The position numbers and the translations under genes were made by a program. DNA of 64,000 nt from positions 59,646,001-59,710,000 of the forward strand of contig NC_045696.1 in the NCBI RefSeq assembly GCF_009834535.1, in the 5' to 3' direction. Positions 28,446-42,100 of this stretch are shown piece after piece (the first letter of the stretch is position 1; every line of letters starts with the position of its first letter). The stretch comes from Camelus ferus. Its lineage: Eukaryota. A model generated the notes under the pieces. It was not told the origin of the DNA. It saw only the letters and a program-made list of their open reading frames with translations, and did no database searches.

Positions 28446-28547
28446 ACCTCAGAACTGGGTGTGACCGAACACGTCGAGGGCGATCCCTGCAAGTTCGCCT
28501 TGTGGTCTGGGCGCACCCCCTCCTCAGACAATAAAACAGTGCTGAAA
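28446..28547 (+). CDS. KALRN: Kalirin PH1 exon: TSELGVTEHVEGDPCKFALWSGRTPSSDNKTVLK
   Basis: Acceptor ctacAG, donor AAA|GTAAGT. 102 nt, phase 0-0. Confidence 0.97.
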
Positions 28548-29827
28548 GTAAGTACTGCTCTCTGCTGGGCACCAGGTCGGGTTTGGGGTAGCCTGAAGGG
28601 GGCAGAGGGATGTGGGCGTGTTACACCTACAAGCTGGGGCCTGGATACTCCACTAAGCCCCTGCGCCTCTCTCGGGAAGGGCAGCCTCATTGAGAAGCAA
28701 ATTCTATCATGAAAGTAGACTGAAATCTCAAAGACGAATGGTCCCCTAAGTCCAGGCCTCTTTGGAGCATGGAGGGAAGAAGGCGGGGAGTGGCCTCAAT
28801 AGACCCACTTCAATATGTTCTGCCCATGTGTCCCCTTCAAATGGCAAGGACAACGGTTGACCCTTTAGCAAAAGGCACCTTGATTTGCTCCACATTCAAC
28901 ATTTTTTTCCTGCACATCTTATCTACATATAAGATATCCTGCTCAGTGCCGTGAGGAATGACCGTGAATCAGATATGGACCCAGTCCTCTGGGAACGTAC
29001 ATTCTGTAAGCTCTAGTATATCGTACTAGCATGGGAACTAGGCTGTGAGAGGAGTGTTGAGAAAGGGTCTTAGGGAGTCGCCTCAGCTTTCCAGGGTGCA
29101 TGTAGCCTGGGAACTGAGTCCGCACGGCTGGTACTGTTAGTGTTGCTCAGGAGAGACGCTGCAAACGGAGCACCCACCGGTCGTTTGCTTATCAGGGAAG
29201 AGCCCGTCTCCAAGAAGAAGATGGGCCAGCCCTGACCAGGCTTCACGCTTGATCACTCTGAGTTGCCGGCATAGCTGCTACCTGACATGAGGTAGAATTA
29301 CCTGGCAAAAATCCCATGAAGACAAATGAAATATTCATGGAAAGGTAGCAATCCCTTCAGTTCACAGGTTTACCAGGCTGAAAACCGAGGACTGGCTGAA
29401 TCAGTACAAGCCTGGGCAGCCTTATAGGTGTTGAACATCCTGACGTATATTCAGTTATACTAGTTGGTAAATGGCTGCTGCCTTCAAATGCCCCCTTGCT
29501 GCCCCTCCTGTACTTCCCAGGCCTCCCGCAAATCTAGTAACTGAAGTGTTAATCCTCGGCCCAGTGAGGGCAGATACTGACTGGTTATTAAATACTTTGA
29601 AGATCACCCTTATAAGTCTGCATTGAGTATTGAGGTCATAGCCCTCTTCTAGGAGTTGGAGAAGCATGTCCCTGGATTGAAGAGTCAGAAGTATAAGAGA
29701 AATAAACTCCTCAAACATTTGGTGTCCTTGACGATGATGGCTTAAGCCTGCAAGTGGAGGGTTGAGAACTGTTTGTGTGGATTGGAGCAGAGTGGGGTTC
29801 TCATGCCTTCTCCCTGTGGCACTCCAG

Positions 29828-29970
29828 GCCTCCAACATAGAAACCAAGCAGGAATGGATCAAGAACATACGAGAGGTGATTCAAGAGAGGATCATTCACC
29901 TGAAAGGAGCTTTAAAGGAGCCAATTCAGCTCCCCAAAACACCAGCCAAACAGAGGAACAATAGTAAGAG
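29828..29970 (+). CDS. KALRN: Kalirin PH1 C-terminal helix and linker exon: ASNIETKQEWIKNIREVIQERIIHLKGALKEPIQLPKTPAKQRNNSK(R)
   Basis: Acceptor ctccAG, donor AG|GTAACC. 143 nt, phase 0 to 2. Contains the PH Trp helix and a TPAK Cdk5 consensus. Confidence 0.97.
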
Positions 29971-32900
29971 GTAACCAGCGTCTCTGCCCCCAGCACGGCC
30001 TCTCGTGCTTCCGGGAGCGGGAATGAAGTGGGAGTGGGGGGAACCTTTGCTTTGCTTCCATGGGGCACTGTGCTATGCAGTGGCACTCAGCTCCGTGACA
30101 CCCCACTCAGTTCCACCTAGAAGAGTTACCTTCTCTTTAAGCATCTCACCCGTTGCTGTCAGTTAAATTCAGCAGGGTTTCACTGAGCACCTCTTTTCCA
30201 GTAGATGCTCTGTTAGGTGCTACAGGAAGATAAAAGGAAGTGTAAGATGAGTCCATTCCCTTGAGAACCATCTGACTGTCAGGTCCCACACATGGAATAG
30301 TTAGGCAGGACGAACCAGTAAATGCTGCAAGAATCAAGGAGAGTGGACTTTGGATGAGCACTAGAGTGAGGTGTCTGGGGAAGGCTTTGGGAAGGAGGTG
30401 GGCAGTGAGTGGAGAGCCAAAGGACTGCAGTGTAGGAGGTGGGGGGTATGGTGGGGCTATCCCTGCAGCTCTTACTATACCCCCCACCCCCCTGCAGATT
30501 CCTCACCTTCATTCATCTGACATAGGCAATGTGATTGGGCAGAAGAGGACTTATTTTTTATATCTTCATCTCTCTGGGCCCTGCTGAATCCCAGTTTTCC
30601 TTAGACCAGTGGATGACTGCTTAAGTATTTCTCAAGTCTTCATGTGACAGTCACTTACAATGACTCTTTTGGAGGTCGCTTCAAAATAAAGCATACAAAA
30701 CTTCAAGAAAAAAACTAAAGAAAAACAGTTCTGAGGTGATGGATGTTGGTGATAGCAGGCTGTCCTCTCATCTCCTATTCATGAATGGAATAAATGCAGA
30801 AGATGTAGTTGACATTCAGGACACAGGCTTGAGAACCACCAAGGGAGGTGGAGGCCAAAAGAAGGGTGTGGCTAAAAGAGAGATTCCTCCATGGGGAGAA
30901 GCCCCAAGACCAGTATGGCCAGGGTAAGGTCCCCTCTCAGTGCTGGAAGCAAAAATGATGACTGTATTGGGGAGGAGTTATTTTGATTTCAGTTACCTAT
31001 GTCCAGAGTCCAGGTAAGGGGCAGATTTAGTTCAGCACTAGAGACAGACCCTGCTGTAGGAAGCCCCTACTTCAGTAAAGAAGACAGAATGGAAGCAGTT
31101 TTAAGGAACTAAAGGCCCGGGACCCTGCTGGGAAGATATTCAGGTGAGGGTGGCTAGGGTTACCCTCTGAAAGAGCCCCTCTCTCCTACAGTAGGGGAGT
31201 TTGAGCATCTCTAGATCATGGGATGGGCATACCTTGGAAATGCTCGCACCTTTTCTTGGTCATTGTCCTGTGATGAGAGGGTGAGAAACCTTGGCAGACT
31301 CTGCAGAGAACAGCCAGGCATTGTGTTGTTTCATTGGTTTGGCTCCCTGCATATGGGGACAGAGTTTACGGAGGAGTGGATTGGCTTAGGGAATACTACC
31401 TACACTCCTGGATGGGCTCCCCAGATCCCCCAGAACTGGCTTCATCTGGAGTGGACCAGAAGGGCCTGCAATGGGCCAGAATAGTGGGAAGCAGAAAGTA
31501 CAGCCAACTCTCAACTATCTACAAATGGGGGAGGAGGGGGAGGAGCAGTGGTCCAGATATCTAAAACAACAGATGATCTAAAAGTCCTTTATTTTTGGTT
31601 TTGAAATGCATCACATAATTTCTTTTTACAGCAGATTTTCCTTCCTACGAATGTGTGGCTTATATTATTAAAATAAGCTGACATTTCCCAAGCCCACATA
31701 TGGTGATGAGAGAGCAGTTGACTTAAAAGTGTTTTAAGTGGAGAAAACACTTTTTAGGACTAGTAGACCCTGTGTACATACATACACATCGTATGTGTGC
31801 CCACATGCACGCACGTGTCCGCATACACTCACACGCCAGATTGTGATTGTTTAGACTCTGAGGCGGCTTCAGTGTATGGATATACTGCCCATGTGGTAGT
31901 ACTCTCAGGCAGCCAGTCCCCATTTCCCTACTGCCGTACGTCTCCACAGGCAGTATCGGGGTGTGACTTTCACAAAGACCTCCATAGGAAGAGCTGCCAT
32001 TTCCTGTGCTGACTTATGCAACCCCAGGCCCCCATCTCCAGTTTTCTCTGACACAGACTGTTCAGCCTTCACCAGTTCCCAGGCATCTAATCCCCCTTGG
32101 CCCGGGCTTTGAGTTCAGTGTAGGATTGGGACCCAGATCTAAAGCTGGGGAGTTAAGAGAGCATGAGCATGGGACAGCTATATGGCCCAGGGGCCCAGGA
32201 AGGGGTCCAAATGCCAGGAGTGTCCTTGGGAGACTGTCTTCTCAGAAGCACAGGAACACAGCTGGCTCACGAGCTGCTGTAGAATCTGTGACTGTCTCCC
32301 TGTCTTTAAGAAGATGCCTTGGCCTTCTGTGTTAATAAGTTGTCATTGTAAATCATCACGAGCTCAACAGGACCCACCAAAGTGAAGGCAACAAACTCCT
32401 CCTCCATACCCAGGAGTTGAGGGTCCAGCATGAGGACAATCCCAAAGGATAATCTCCTCTAAAGAAAGTAGCCCACCCCATTTTCTTGAGCAAAAGAAAC
32501 ACAAGTCAGACAAGTGTATTATCAGTTCTGTTTTTTTAATCAGCCAGCTATAAGCCACCCGCCATCCTGTTTCAGCATGCAGAAAAACTATTTGAATACT
32601 CTGAACTCCGGGATTATTGGAGAGGACCCAGGCAGCAGGATAGAAGCCTAGGTTCTAAGCAGGACATACTTCTTCCTGCTGCCAATTACAGACCCATTCC
32701 TAGTAAAAATAAATAAAGAATTGTTCCACCTGCACCGTGGGCCAGAGGAGTTATGGACAAGGAGTCATTTTGTGTCCAGTTATCAACATAGTGATTATGT
32801 ATTTGCTAAGTGCAGGAGGTGACGTCACTGAAAATCACATGGGGCTGCTTCCTTTAGTGGGATAATTTTAGACAAATCCCTGCTAGAAAGTGCTAAGGCT

Positions 32901-32995
32901 CTGCTCTGCCAGCCCAGCTGGAAATGCTTGTGTGCTCTAAACCCACAGTGGTTCCCCCCACCCCCACCCCTGTTGTTTTTCTCTTCTTCCTGCAG

Positions 32996-33098
32996 GGATG
33001 GAGTGGAGGATGTTGACAGCCAGGGGGATGGAAGCAGCCAGCCAGACACCATCTCCATTGCCTCTAGGACCTCTCAGAACACAGTGGACAGTGACAAG
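32996..33098 (+). CDS. KALRN: Kalirin linker exon, last exon shared by Kal7 and longer isoforms: (R)DGVEDVDSQGDGSSQPDTISIASRTSQNTVDSDK
   Basis: Strong pyrimidine tract with tgcAG acceptor, donor AAG|GTAGGA. 103 nt, phase 2 to 0. Confidence 0.97.
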
Positions 33099-34619
33099 GT
33101 AGGACAGTGCCCCAACCTTCCTCCCCGCAAGACTTCTTGTTGGCTTAACCGCCCCTGGAGAGTTACCCCCCGAGGAGTTTCTCTCACGGTGGAGCCTGAC
33201 CTCAGGAGCCAGGGGTCTCTCTGTGCTGGCCAAAGGGAAAGAGCAGGGCTGGAGGAGGTATATCATGGTATGGAGATCTTGTCTGAGGGGACAGAAGACT
33301 GAGGCAGCCGGCCAGACCTCTCACGTTGTGACAGTTGAGCAGAATCGGTGCAGGTGAAGAGTGAGTCTGGGTCTCCTCTCTCCTGAGATGCCGCACCGGG
33401 GCTGCTCTGTCTTCTGGGAGGCTAGAACTCAGGGAGCGAAGTCTGAGATAGTTTCCTGAGACTTTAGTGGCTGTGATTGGCTCATCTCAAAGTTAGACCA
33501 AAAGCAGTGATGTGGGAAATGGCCGCAGAGATGCTGATTGGAAGGGGCTGCCTATCTGAAGGGGTCCCGTGGAAATGATGCCTCCCTCTGGCCGGAGAAT
33601 TGTGGCTCCATTTCCAAGGGGGAAAGGACCTGGAAGTGGTGTTTGAAGCAGTGTAGAGGGGTGTAGTAGTCTCGTGAGAAAACCTGGTCACTTGCTCTCT
33701 TACATTTTGGAGCAAGTAAGCAAAAGTTAGGAGCTCTGATGGGTCGAAAGAAAGGAAACTAGCCAAGACTCAGTGTATTTGCTCAAGCAAGGGGAGGGCT
33801 CCAGCGGTCTGAATGTGCAGCAGGGGCAGCGGAAGATTCTGTCTCCGACCCTAATCTCATTTGCTTCCCTCAGGGTTGGAAGAGTATGAGGTGACCTTTG
33901 GCTGCATCCTAATGATTTCATTAATAAAAGTGGATTTTCAAAGACGATTTAGCCCTAGTTTATCTAGACCTAGTATTTGGGCATTAGTCCTTCAGCCCCA
34001 GGCAACAGGCTGTATCCTTGCTTCATTTTAGTTTTCTAAATTATGGGCATTATTAAAAAATAAACTGTATTCATTAGGATTTTTCCTCATTTTTTTTTCT
34101 TACTGGGGAAAAAAAAAGACCTTGTCCCCAAACCTCCTAAGATCACGGTGCTAAATCACATTCTAGACTAGGATGCTCAAGGTAATTCATTCTGTCTGAC
34201 CTGCTGCCTTCAAGTTTCTAAGCCATTTTCGACTGACTATCCAAGTGGATGGAAAATTAGTTTTTTTCCACTTGTAAAAACATACAAGGAAAACTATTTC
34301 TGTACTTTCCTTCTTTTTGGATCTGTTGTTTAGAAAAATAACCTAGAGTACCCTATGAACGGAAGTGTTTCTTTTTAAACGGTCGGTGGTTAGTGAAGTG
34401 CAGTGTCTCCCATGTTCAGACATAGCCTGTTAGTTCTGTGCTCGGGGGGTTCATCCCTTCCAGCTGCTTCTCCGTCTTTGCCACCGCCCTGACTTAGACA
34501 GACAGCTCTGCGAGGGACAGTTGTCTTAGGAAGCCCTCAGCTCCAGCCATTCCTCGTCTTCTGACAAGGGGAGGGAGGCCAGGGTAGAACGCCTCTAACA
34601 GCAGGCATTTCATTGTTAA

Positions 34620-34760
34620 GGAGGAACCCTGGTCCTTATGCATTATTCTACAAGTAAGGAAACTGACGCCCAGAAAGACTGAGTGACTTGCCCAAGAAAA
34701 TTCTAATAGTGGAAAAAACAGGAGCTAGAACCCAGGTCTTCCTGATTCACTGTCATGTTT
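34620..34760 (-). mobile_element. MIR fragment
   Basis: aggaaactgacgcccagaaagactgagtgacttgcccaag...ctagaacccaggtcttcctga. Confidence 0.7.
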
Positions 34761-36439
34761 TTCCCTCGCTCTAAAAGTCAGAGTGTGGAGCTCCCGATGC
34801 TAAGACGGACTCAGCTGGCCAGTCCTTCTGCAGGGTCCACACAAACATCGGTTACGTATTCGTGAAAAAGCACCCACCATGTGGCGAGCTCTGTGCTGGG
34901 TACTGTAGAGAGATGTGGGCTCTCTGTTGAGTGTAAATCCTCATTTGTGTGATTTTCGTTTCATGTGTGTCTCCATAGCCAGACTCTTAACGCCCTGATG
35001 AGGGCACAGGTTGTGTCTGTCTGTTTCATTGGTGTACCTTTGGCACATAGCACACACAGGTGCTCTGGAATACTGTGGAATGAGTGAACTGACCTCAGGG
35101 AACTCCAGCATTAAGAGGAAGTGGTCTGAAAGCAGCCAAACATACAAACATGGTATTTTTAAACATGCTAAAAAAGCCTGGAAATTCCCTTTCCCCTATG
35201 CAGAAAGCTTCGGTCAGCTGGAGAGCCTGGCCTGCTGGGAACATTGACCCCCAACTATCTTCTCAGGCCTTGGGAAACATGGGCAGCAGGTTGGGAGATG
35301 AGGAGAGATTCTGTGTTCCGACACGAAAGCTGGAAAATCGCTTAGAAATCGTCAGATAAAGGGAGGGCCTGTCTATGACCCTGCGCTGTAATGAGATCAG
35401 GACAGCCGTGTGTACCCCTGACCTGCACGCTCCTTCATCAGAGAAACCATTCATTGGTATCTTTGAATCCATAGATGTTACCAACAGTGTTAGATTTCCC
35501 TCTAACTACACTGGAAGACCAGGAAACTGGGTCTCTGTTGGTTTCCAAGTGGTCAGGTGAACAGACTCTGAAGAAGAGAAAAAGAAAGTGGATGGATTCA
35601 GGTAGGCTGAACCATGTTCAACAGAAGGGCAGACAGGGTGGCTGTGGGGAGGGGATGGGGCAGGGACATCTCACAGGGGTCTGGGGCATTTTAACAGTGA
35701 GTTTCTAGAAAGGGCCTCAGTCTTCTTCTAATCCAGAGGAGTGAGAAGAGTGGCCCTGCTGGGCTGGGTAGATGAGGAAACTGTAACCATTAAAGGGCCA
35801 TGACAATGGCCTTGAGGAGCTGTGGGGCCCCAAGGCACCTCTGCAATCACCTGGGATGTTCTTTGTGTGCTGTGGTGGGATGGAAGGAGGTGGGTCTAAA
35901 TTCCAGCTCTGGTACTCACTGTCTGTGTCATGTGGCATGAGTTCCTGCACCTTAACTTCCCTCTCTGTACAATGAAGGTCATATCCATCTCACTGAGTCA
36001 CTGGGAAGATCAAGTAAAATGTATTTACCTGGTACCTGTTAGACATTAACTAAAGGTTAATTCCCACCCTTATTAGAGGGGAAATGGAAATTTAGATAGT
36101 ATAAATAAGAGTGCACAACTATTTAGAAGACTGGGGATCTTTGGAAGTTCTTGAGTAGAGTTCTGCCCTCTAGGTTCAGGGTTCATTAATTTTCAGTGGA
36201 TTTTTCTATGTTAGACCTAAGGGGATGTGGCTTCCATTTATTGGTCTGTAGATTGAACAACGTTACTTCTCTTTCCATTTGTTAGCCCTTCGACTCTAAG
36301 GAATGGGTATTTGTTGTTAGCATTGGCTCATGGCTTATTTTATTATCTAATGGGGTTATGATCCACTCCTGTCAGCTTTCATTCTGGTCCTCAAATTGTA
36401 TCACCTTTGGCCCGTGGTAAGTAACCTCTAAGGCTTTAG

Positions 36440-36990
36440 ATAATTGAAGACGGCAGTCTTGTCTTTTAATTTTCTTTGTTTAGAAGTCCTCAGTTTCTCC
36501 AGCTATTCTGTGTATTAGTATATTTTCATATCCTGGTTGCTGTCCTCTGGTTTACTCTAGTGTGTAATGATCTATATGAAATGGGGCATCCAGAATGTCG
36601 TATGGTACTGCAGGAGTGACCCAACCAATGCAAATTCAGGTCCTTGTTCTAGAGCTACCGTGCCTGCTCCCCTCCCTAAGATGGTACACCTTATGTAGTA
36701 GTGCACAGTGCTGGCTCGTAACAGCTCCTTGCCTGTTTTCATGGACGATCCTTAGCTGGGTAGGTGTTTTAGTAACCTGGCTGTCAGACTACTTTTTATC
36801 TATTAGATTTTCTCTTGTTTAGGTCCAGCCTAATATTCCACCATGTTTTGAATATAAATTATTATTCTGTCCAGTATGTAAGCTCCAATTCCCAGGATTA
36901 TTAGCTAAATATACCTTCTGTGGCTTCATCCAAATTCTTCTTGCTAAAAAGACAAGATTGAGGACAGAAGACCAATGCTTGGCCCCTTCT
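36440..36990 (-). mobile_element. CR1/L3-like ancient LINE fragment
   Basis: catatcctggttgctgtcctctgg...ggggcatccagaatgtcgtatggtactgcaggagtgacccaaccaatgca resembles antisense L3/CR1. Confidence 0.5.
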
Positions 36991-38794
36991 CACTTCTCAT
37001 CCAGGTTTTGAAACTTGGAACCCTCCTCGTCTGACTCTTCTTTCTAGGAAAGGGAAGTCCGCCACTTTTCTCTATAACAGAGGAGCTAAGGTTGCTTGTT
37101 TTAAATTTTTCCGTGATGAAGAATCAGACTAATATTCTTAATTCTGCACTAAACATTGATGAAGCCAACATGGGTGCCTCAGCAAATGGCATGAGTGGTT
37201 TTCCCCAGAGTTGCTTTTGTTCACCTCTCAAATGGGTCTGCATAATTAGGTTCTACCTTACACCTGTCCCATGTAAAGGTGTCACTTCCCTGAGGGCAAA
37301 TGGACATGCTTACTTTGTTCCATAGAGATCTGGGTCTGAGCCCCTTCCTACTCTGTCCCGAATATGCTCATGCTACTCTGGGCATTCCTCTCTTTTGCTC
37401 CTCCATGTATTAAGTGATGGAGCTTTGCAACCACACTTCAAAGAAATCCAGAATTATAGAATTCTAGTCAAGCAAGGCTGAGTAACGAGGTGACAGTAAA
37501 GAAGTGTCTTGTTGTTGAACATGAATTATTCTGCTGAATAATTACCAGCTAGTGGTACAGGAGCAGCCATCTGGGCATTGACAGTCCCTACGCATGGATT
37601 TGCCATTGAGTCTAGGCATGCTAGAGACGCTCAATAAACGCTTACTGAATTGAACATTACAAACCCCTCCAGCAGGGTGCTCTCCATTCAAAATACACTA
37701 TGACTTTCTAGACATGTCCAGGCAGGCTGGAGGCAGGGGACTGAAGTGAAATTGAGTTGCGAGTGCTATTCTATGCAAAAACTGTAAGGGAAAGCACACT
37801 GTGGAAACATCCCAGGGCTGATTTGAATGCGGGGTTTCAAAAACAAGCAGATCTGATCTAAGATACAAGCTAGGCTGATAATGGCAATGTGCTGATTGTA
37901 ACAGGGAAATGCCTGGAGAAGCCTGGAGATTCAGGATCTAACTGTATAGTTTTTAAACTCTGAACTATCAAGTCAATATAATGGGTCATGACCAAAATTT
38001 TGTTTTACCATTTGAGAAGAAACGCTTGGTTTAGAGATGGTGAAGACCCACCTAAAGGGAAGGTCAAAAGGTTCGTACAAGGTCACTCACTGCAGTAACA
38101 TGATGCCTATAACAAGGGGCAAGGCAGCCTGGCTGCAGAAGCCTTCTGGGAATAGATTGCCATTGAGCCTCACCTGGTTTCTCAGAACCTAGTAATCCTG
38201 ACACATGCACTCTGGGAGCACAAAGCAGGTCACCGGCTGCAAGGGCTATAGTCAGAGCGGGTCCAGCTGCTGCACAATGCATTGGTGAGGGCACAGCCCA
38301 CACACTGCTACTTTGGTGGGGATCCAGCCCCTGCACTAGTATGTTAGTGAGGGCATAGCCCCTGCATTGGCCTATTCCATCTCTCTTCACTCATATTCTG
38401 TGTTAAGGGCCAGCTTACTCCACAGCAGGTGCTGCTCTCTGTGCTGAGAGTACAGGAATGAATGAAGCAAGGCCCTGCCATTCTGTGGCTTACTTTCTTA
38501 TAGAGATTAAAGGTAAATAAAAAGAAAGAGAAAGGATGGCATCCCTGGTCTTCTGCTAATAGCACCAGAAATAAAAGACGACTCCTAGGTTTTTCTTGTA
38601 AGAAAAAGTAGGCTAATCCTGCAACTGGAAGAACGTGAATTAGATGTAAGAAATTAATTCCCTTGTCGGGATTAGGGTTAATAGGGGGGCAGAGGACCAG
38701 TGGGGAAAAGTAGAATCTCTTCATTTAAATGGGCTCATAAATAGAAAAACCCTCCAGAGAGTAGGGTTGGAGATAGGGCTTCTTTTGGGAGGAA

Positions 38795-39110
38795 GGAGAG
38801 CATCCTGGGTCCAATCCCCTAAAAGCAGAATCTGTGACTGAGGTTCCTGTGTGTGTGATTTATTGGGGGTGTGCCTGCAGGAAAAGGGGCAGGGCCCGGT
38901 GTAGAAGGAGCTAAGGCAAATACACACGTGGTTTCAGCTGGAGTCTCAGTCTGATCCCTCCTGGGGCTGGCGCAGGCGTTGCACCCAGCATTTGCCCCGC
39001 CTTGAGGCGAGGGGGCTAGCCTTTTCTGTCATCTGTGAGCTGTTAGCAGCCACCATGCACAAGAGCCCTGGTGGGAAAGAGGATCTGAGGGGTGCAAAGG
39101 CGTCCCCTGT
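38795..39110. mobile_element. ERVL-type LTR relic (LTR16/LTR33-like)
   Basis: cctgggtccaatcccctaaaagcagaatctgtgac...gtgatttattgggggtgtg resembles an ERVL LTR terminus. Confidence 0.45.
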
Positions 39111-42100
39111 AGGGAGGGAGGAGGTGGGTTTGGGAATCAGGCATGGATTCAGTCCCTGGTTGTTTACCAGCTGCAGGACCTTGAGTAGGTCATTTAATTA
39201 TTTCATGCCTCAGCCTCCTAGTCTGTCCAGTGAAGGCAATGATTTCTGCTCCCCGGGTTTTGAAGGATTAGGCAAGATCCTGTATGAAAGAGTATGTGGA
39301 GTAGAGGAGACAGGCGGTGGGTAGGTTGCTGTCCAGGTGACTGCAGGCCATTCCCATGCGAGAAAATGGACAACATGCTCCCTGGAGTTTTAAGGGCCCA
39401 CAGATCACTGGGTACTGTCACTGAGGATAAAACCAAACATCTGGAAATGTGGAGTCTTAACAGTGTCAGGACTAATAAAAATCCTCACCCAGGGTATTTT
39501 TCACTCAACAAATTCTTAAAAACCATCAAGGTGGTCCACCCACAGTTGAGTCTCCAGAACAAGGTGACCGCGTGTTGCATTCAGCTGGGGTGCCTGAGCA
39601 GGTGAACCTCCCGCTGGAGATCCAGCCCATTAAAGGCACTGTGTTAAAAGCTGGGTGGAAGTGTGACAGGTCTCCAGGAGGGAGTCCTGAGCACTTGTGT
39701 CACTCTGCCCGTTGTCTCAGGGCCCTAAAATACTTCTTTAGAGGAAGAGGTTTATGTTGCCGCCCATCTAGTAACAGGATACTTTCTAACCCTTAATAAA
39801 TACCTATAAAGAGCGTATAATTGTACTCCTTGTTCCCGGGGTTTGGAGCGGATATATCTGATACCTCAACTTGGACTTCATAAACTGTTATCCCGAGACT
39901 CAGTCTCACCTTACCCACACCTGGTGGTAGAGTGGGTTAGATTTGTTGTCTGAACCCTAGGTAGAGGCATTATGATTTGTCAAGGACTTGGTAGTCACCC
40001 CAAAGTAGGGAAAATGGCACTTTAAGTTTTAAGTTCAAATTGTGATTTTTTTTTTCATTTTCTGAATAATCCAAGTCCAGGACCGGGTCTGAAAATAACC
40101 ATTTTTCCTAGTGTTACTTTGTTACACTGATCTGTGGTGGGCGGGGTGGAGGGAGTGGTGGCAGCAGTGAGCAGTGAAAAGCAGAGGATTCCCGGATCCT
40201 TGGGACACAAAGCTCCTGTCGAGGCTGCTCTGTCACCTCCCCAGAAGCCCAACTCCATCCTCTCCTGAGCAGCGTTCCGCACAGGACAAACATGTTGGCT
40301 TTTCAGAACAAATCTTTAAAGTGCAAGAAGTTGAGGTCGCAGGTTTTCCTCTAAATGAAAAGTTGCTCAAATAAATGACTGGCTTCCAGCCTTGCATACA
40401 ACCCAACAGTAGGAAAGACACTTTGCTGAAAAATATGACTGAGGTTCACAGGGCAAAATCTCTCACAACAGCATTGTTTTACTTAATACTTGACTTATAC
40501 TCACTCCAGAGCTTGAAATCCTCCCTCCGGAGACCCACCTTTAAAGTTACCAATCATCTGAAAAAGCAAATAAGCTTCATAAAGCATAGCAGCTGGTGAG
40601 CAGCTTGCTGCACGCAGGCAGAGCGCGGGACACTGCGCCTGCACAAAATCTCTTTGTTTCTGGTGGCAGCGTTGTGCAAGTATCTGTTCCAGAGATAAGG
40701 AATTTGCAAAAGGTGACTTGCCAGGAGATTAGATCTCTGTGTGATAACTGCAGGGTGGCCGGAGGCCAGATTTAACTCGGGGTGAGTTTGGAATTTGGAA
40801 ACACAGAAGCTCAGGGAAGAACAGAACCTGAGAGATCCTCTAGCCCTCTGCCTTCTTCCTGTTTAAAGGAAACAGGGACTGTGTTCGGCATCACAGAGCC
40901 AGTTCATGGCAGACCTAAGGCTCAAACCCAAGTCACTCTCCTGCCTGTTAAATTGGATTTAAAACATAATACTTTTGTAGTAACCCCAATAGTTCAACTT
41001 CTAGAACTTTGTAGCAAAAAGCAAACACTCTTGTTCCTGGCTTCTTCTCCAGCTGCCTCTACACCACCCTGCACCTGGCCCCAGCAAATCCCAACAACCC
41101 AAAGTAAGTCACAGAGTGGTTCTGTAGGCCAGTCCGCTGTCTCTGGGGCTGGCGTGTGGCAAAAGGGAAAGAGAACTTCTTGACTGTTAATGCCTATCAC
41201 AGACTCTTTGATACCAAGTACTTGTGACTCATCTGGTGGCCTTGGCGGGAGTGTGATTCTGTCCCAGACAGTCTTCAACCCTTTCAAGGCAAATTCCCGG
41301 TTGGGTTCTGAAAGCTTGGCAGTGAGCACCGGTAGCAAGGCTGATCCCTGCCTCCAAGCTGCCTGGGAACAGTGAGTCTCCAGAATCAGCTCAGCCCTGC
41401 CACAACCCAGCACAAATTTCAGTTCTACTTTTAAAAATTTGGGTGGAAGGAGAAAGCAAATTTGAGATTAAACCAAGATGTTAAAGTGGATTAGCTGGCG
41501 ACAGTCCAAGGCAAACAAGACCCAAGTGAGTACACTGCCTGCTGGGGAGAAGGGGCACGAGACAAGACGGACGGATGGACAGCTGGGGAGATGGCATGGG
41601 GGGGGGGGGCAAGCATGGAGACTGTAGGCAGAGAAGCGGCAGCTCTCAGGGCGAGGGTTTTACTTGGTATTCTGCACAGACCTCTTGGCATATCACTTAC
41701 TCTTTTCTCCTTCTGTGTAAACTGAAAAGTTATTTTAGTGCAGAACAGGTTGACTGAGTCTGCCTTATTAAAGCTAATGGTAAGGGGAAATGGGCTGTGG
41801 GAACTATTATTTAAAAGTTGTGCTCCTCAGTGACTAGAAGTGCCACCAGGAGTTAGGGTATCTAGAGGTAAGCTCTGCTGGCGGAAGTGAAAATTAACTC
41901 TTAGAAGTTTCAAGCAGAAGTGTTACTGGAAATGAACGTCTAGCACCCAAGCAGTAAGACCAGAGCCGGTGGGGCTGGTGAAGGTGAATTTGAAGTGGTG
42001 GCCCTGCTTTCCCTGGGACTGCCTTCACCCATGCAGCTGTGCTGTAAAATGTGACGTATATTTTCTGTGGCCATAACAGGAGTCTTGGGAAAAGCCTGTC

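Noticed and set aside
28530..28535. AATAAA inside a coding exon
   Set aside because: It encodes Asn-Lys and lies 12 nt upstream of a strong GTAAGT donor, so use as a poly(A) signal is unlikely.
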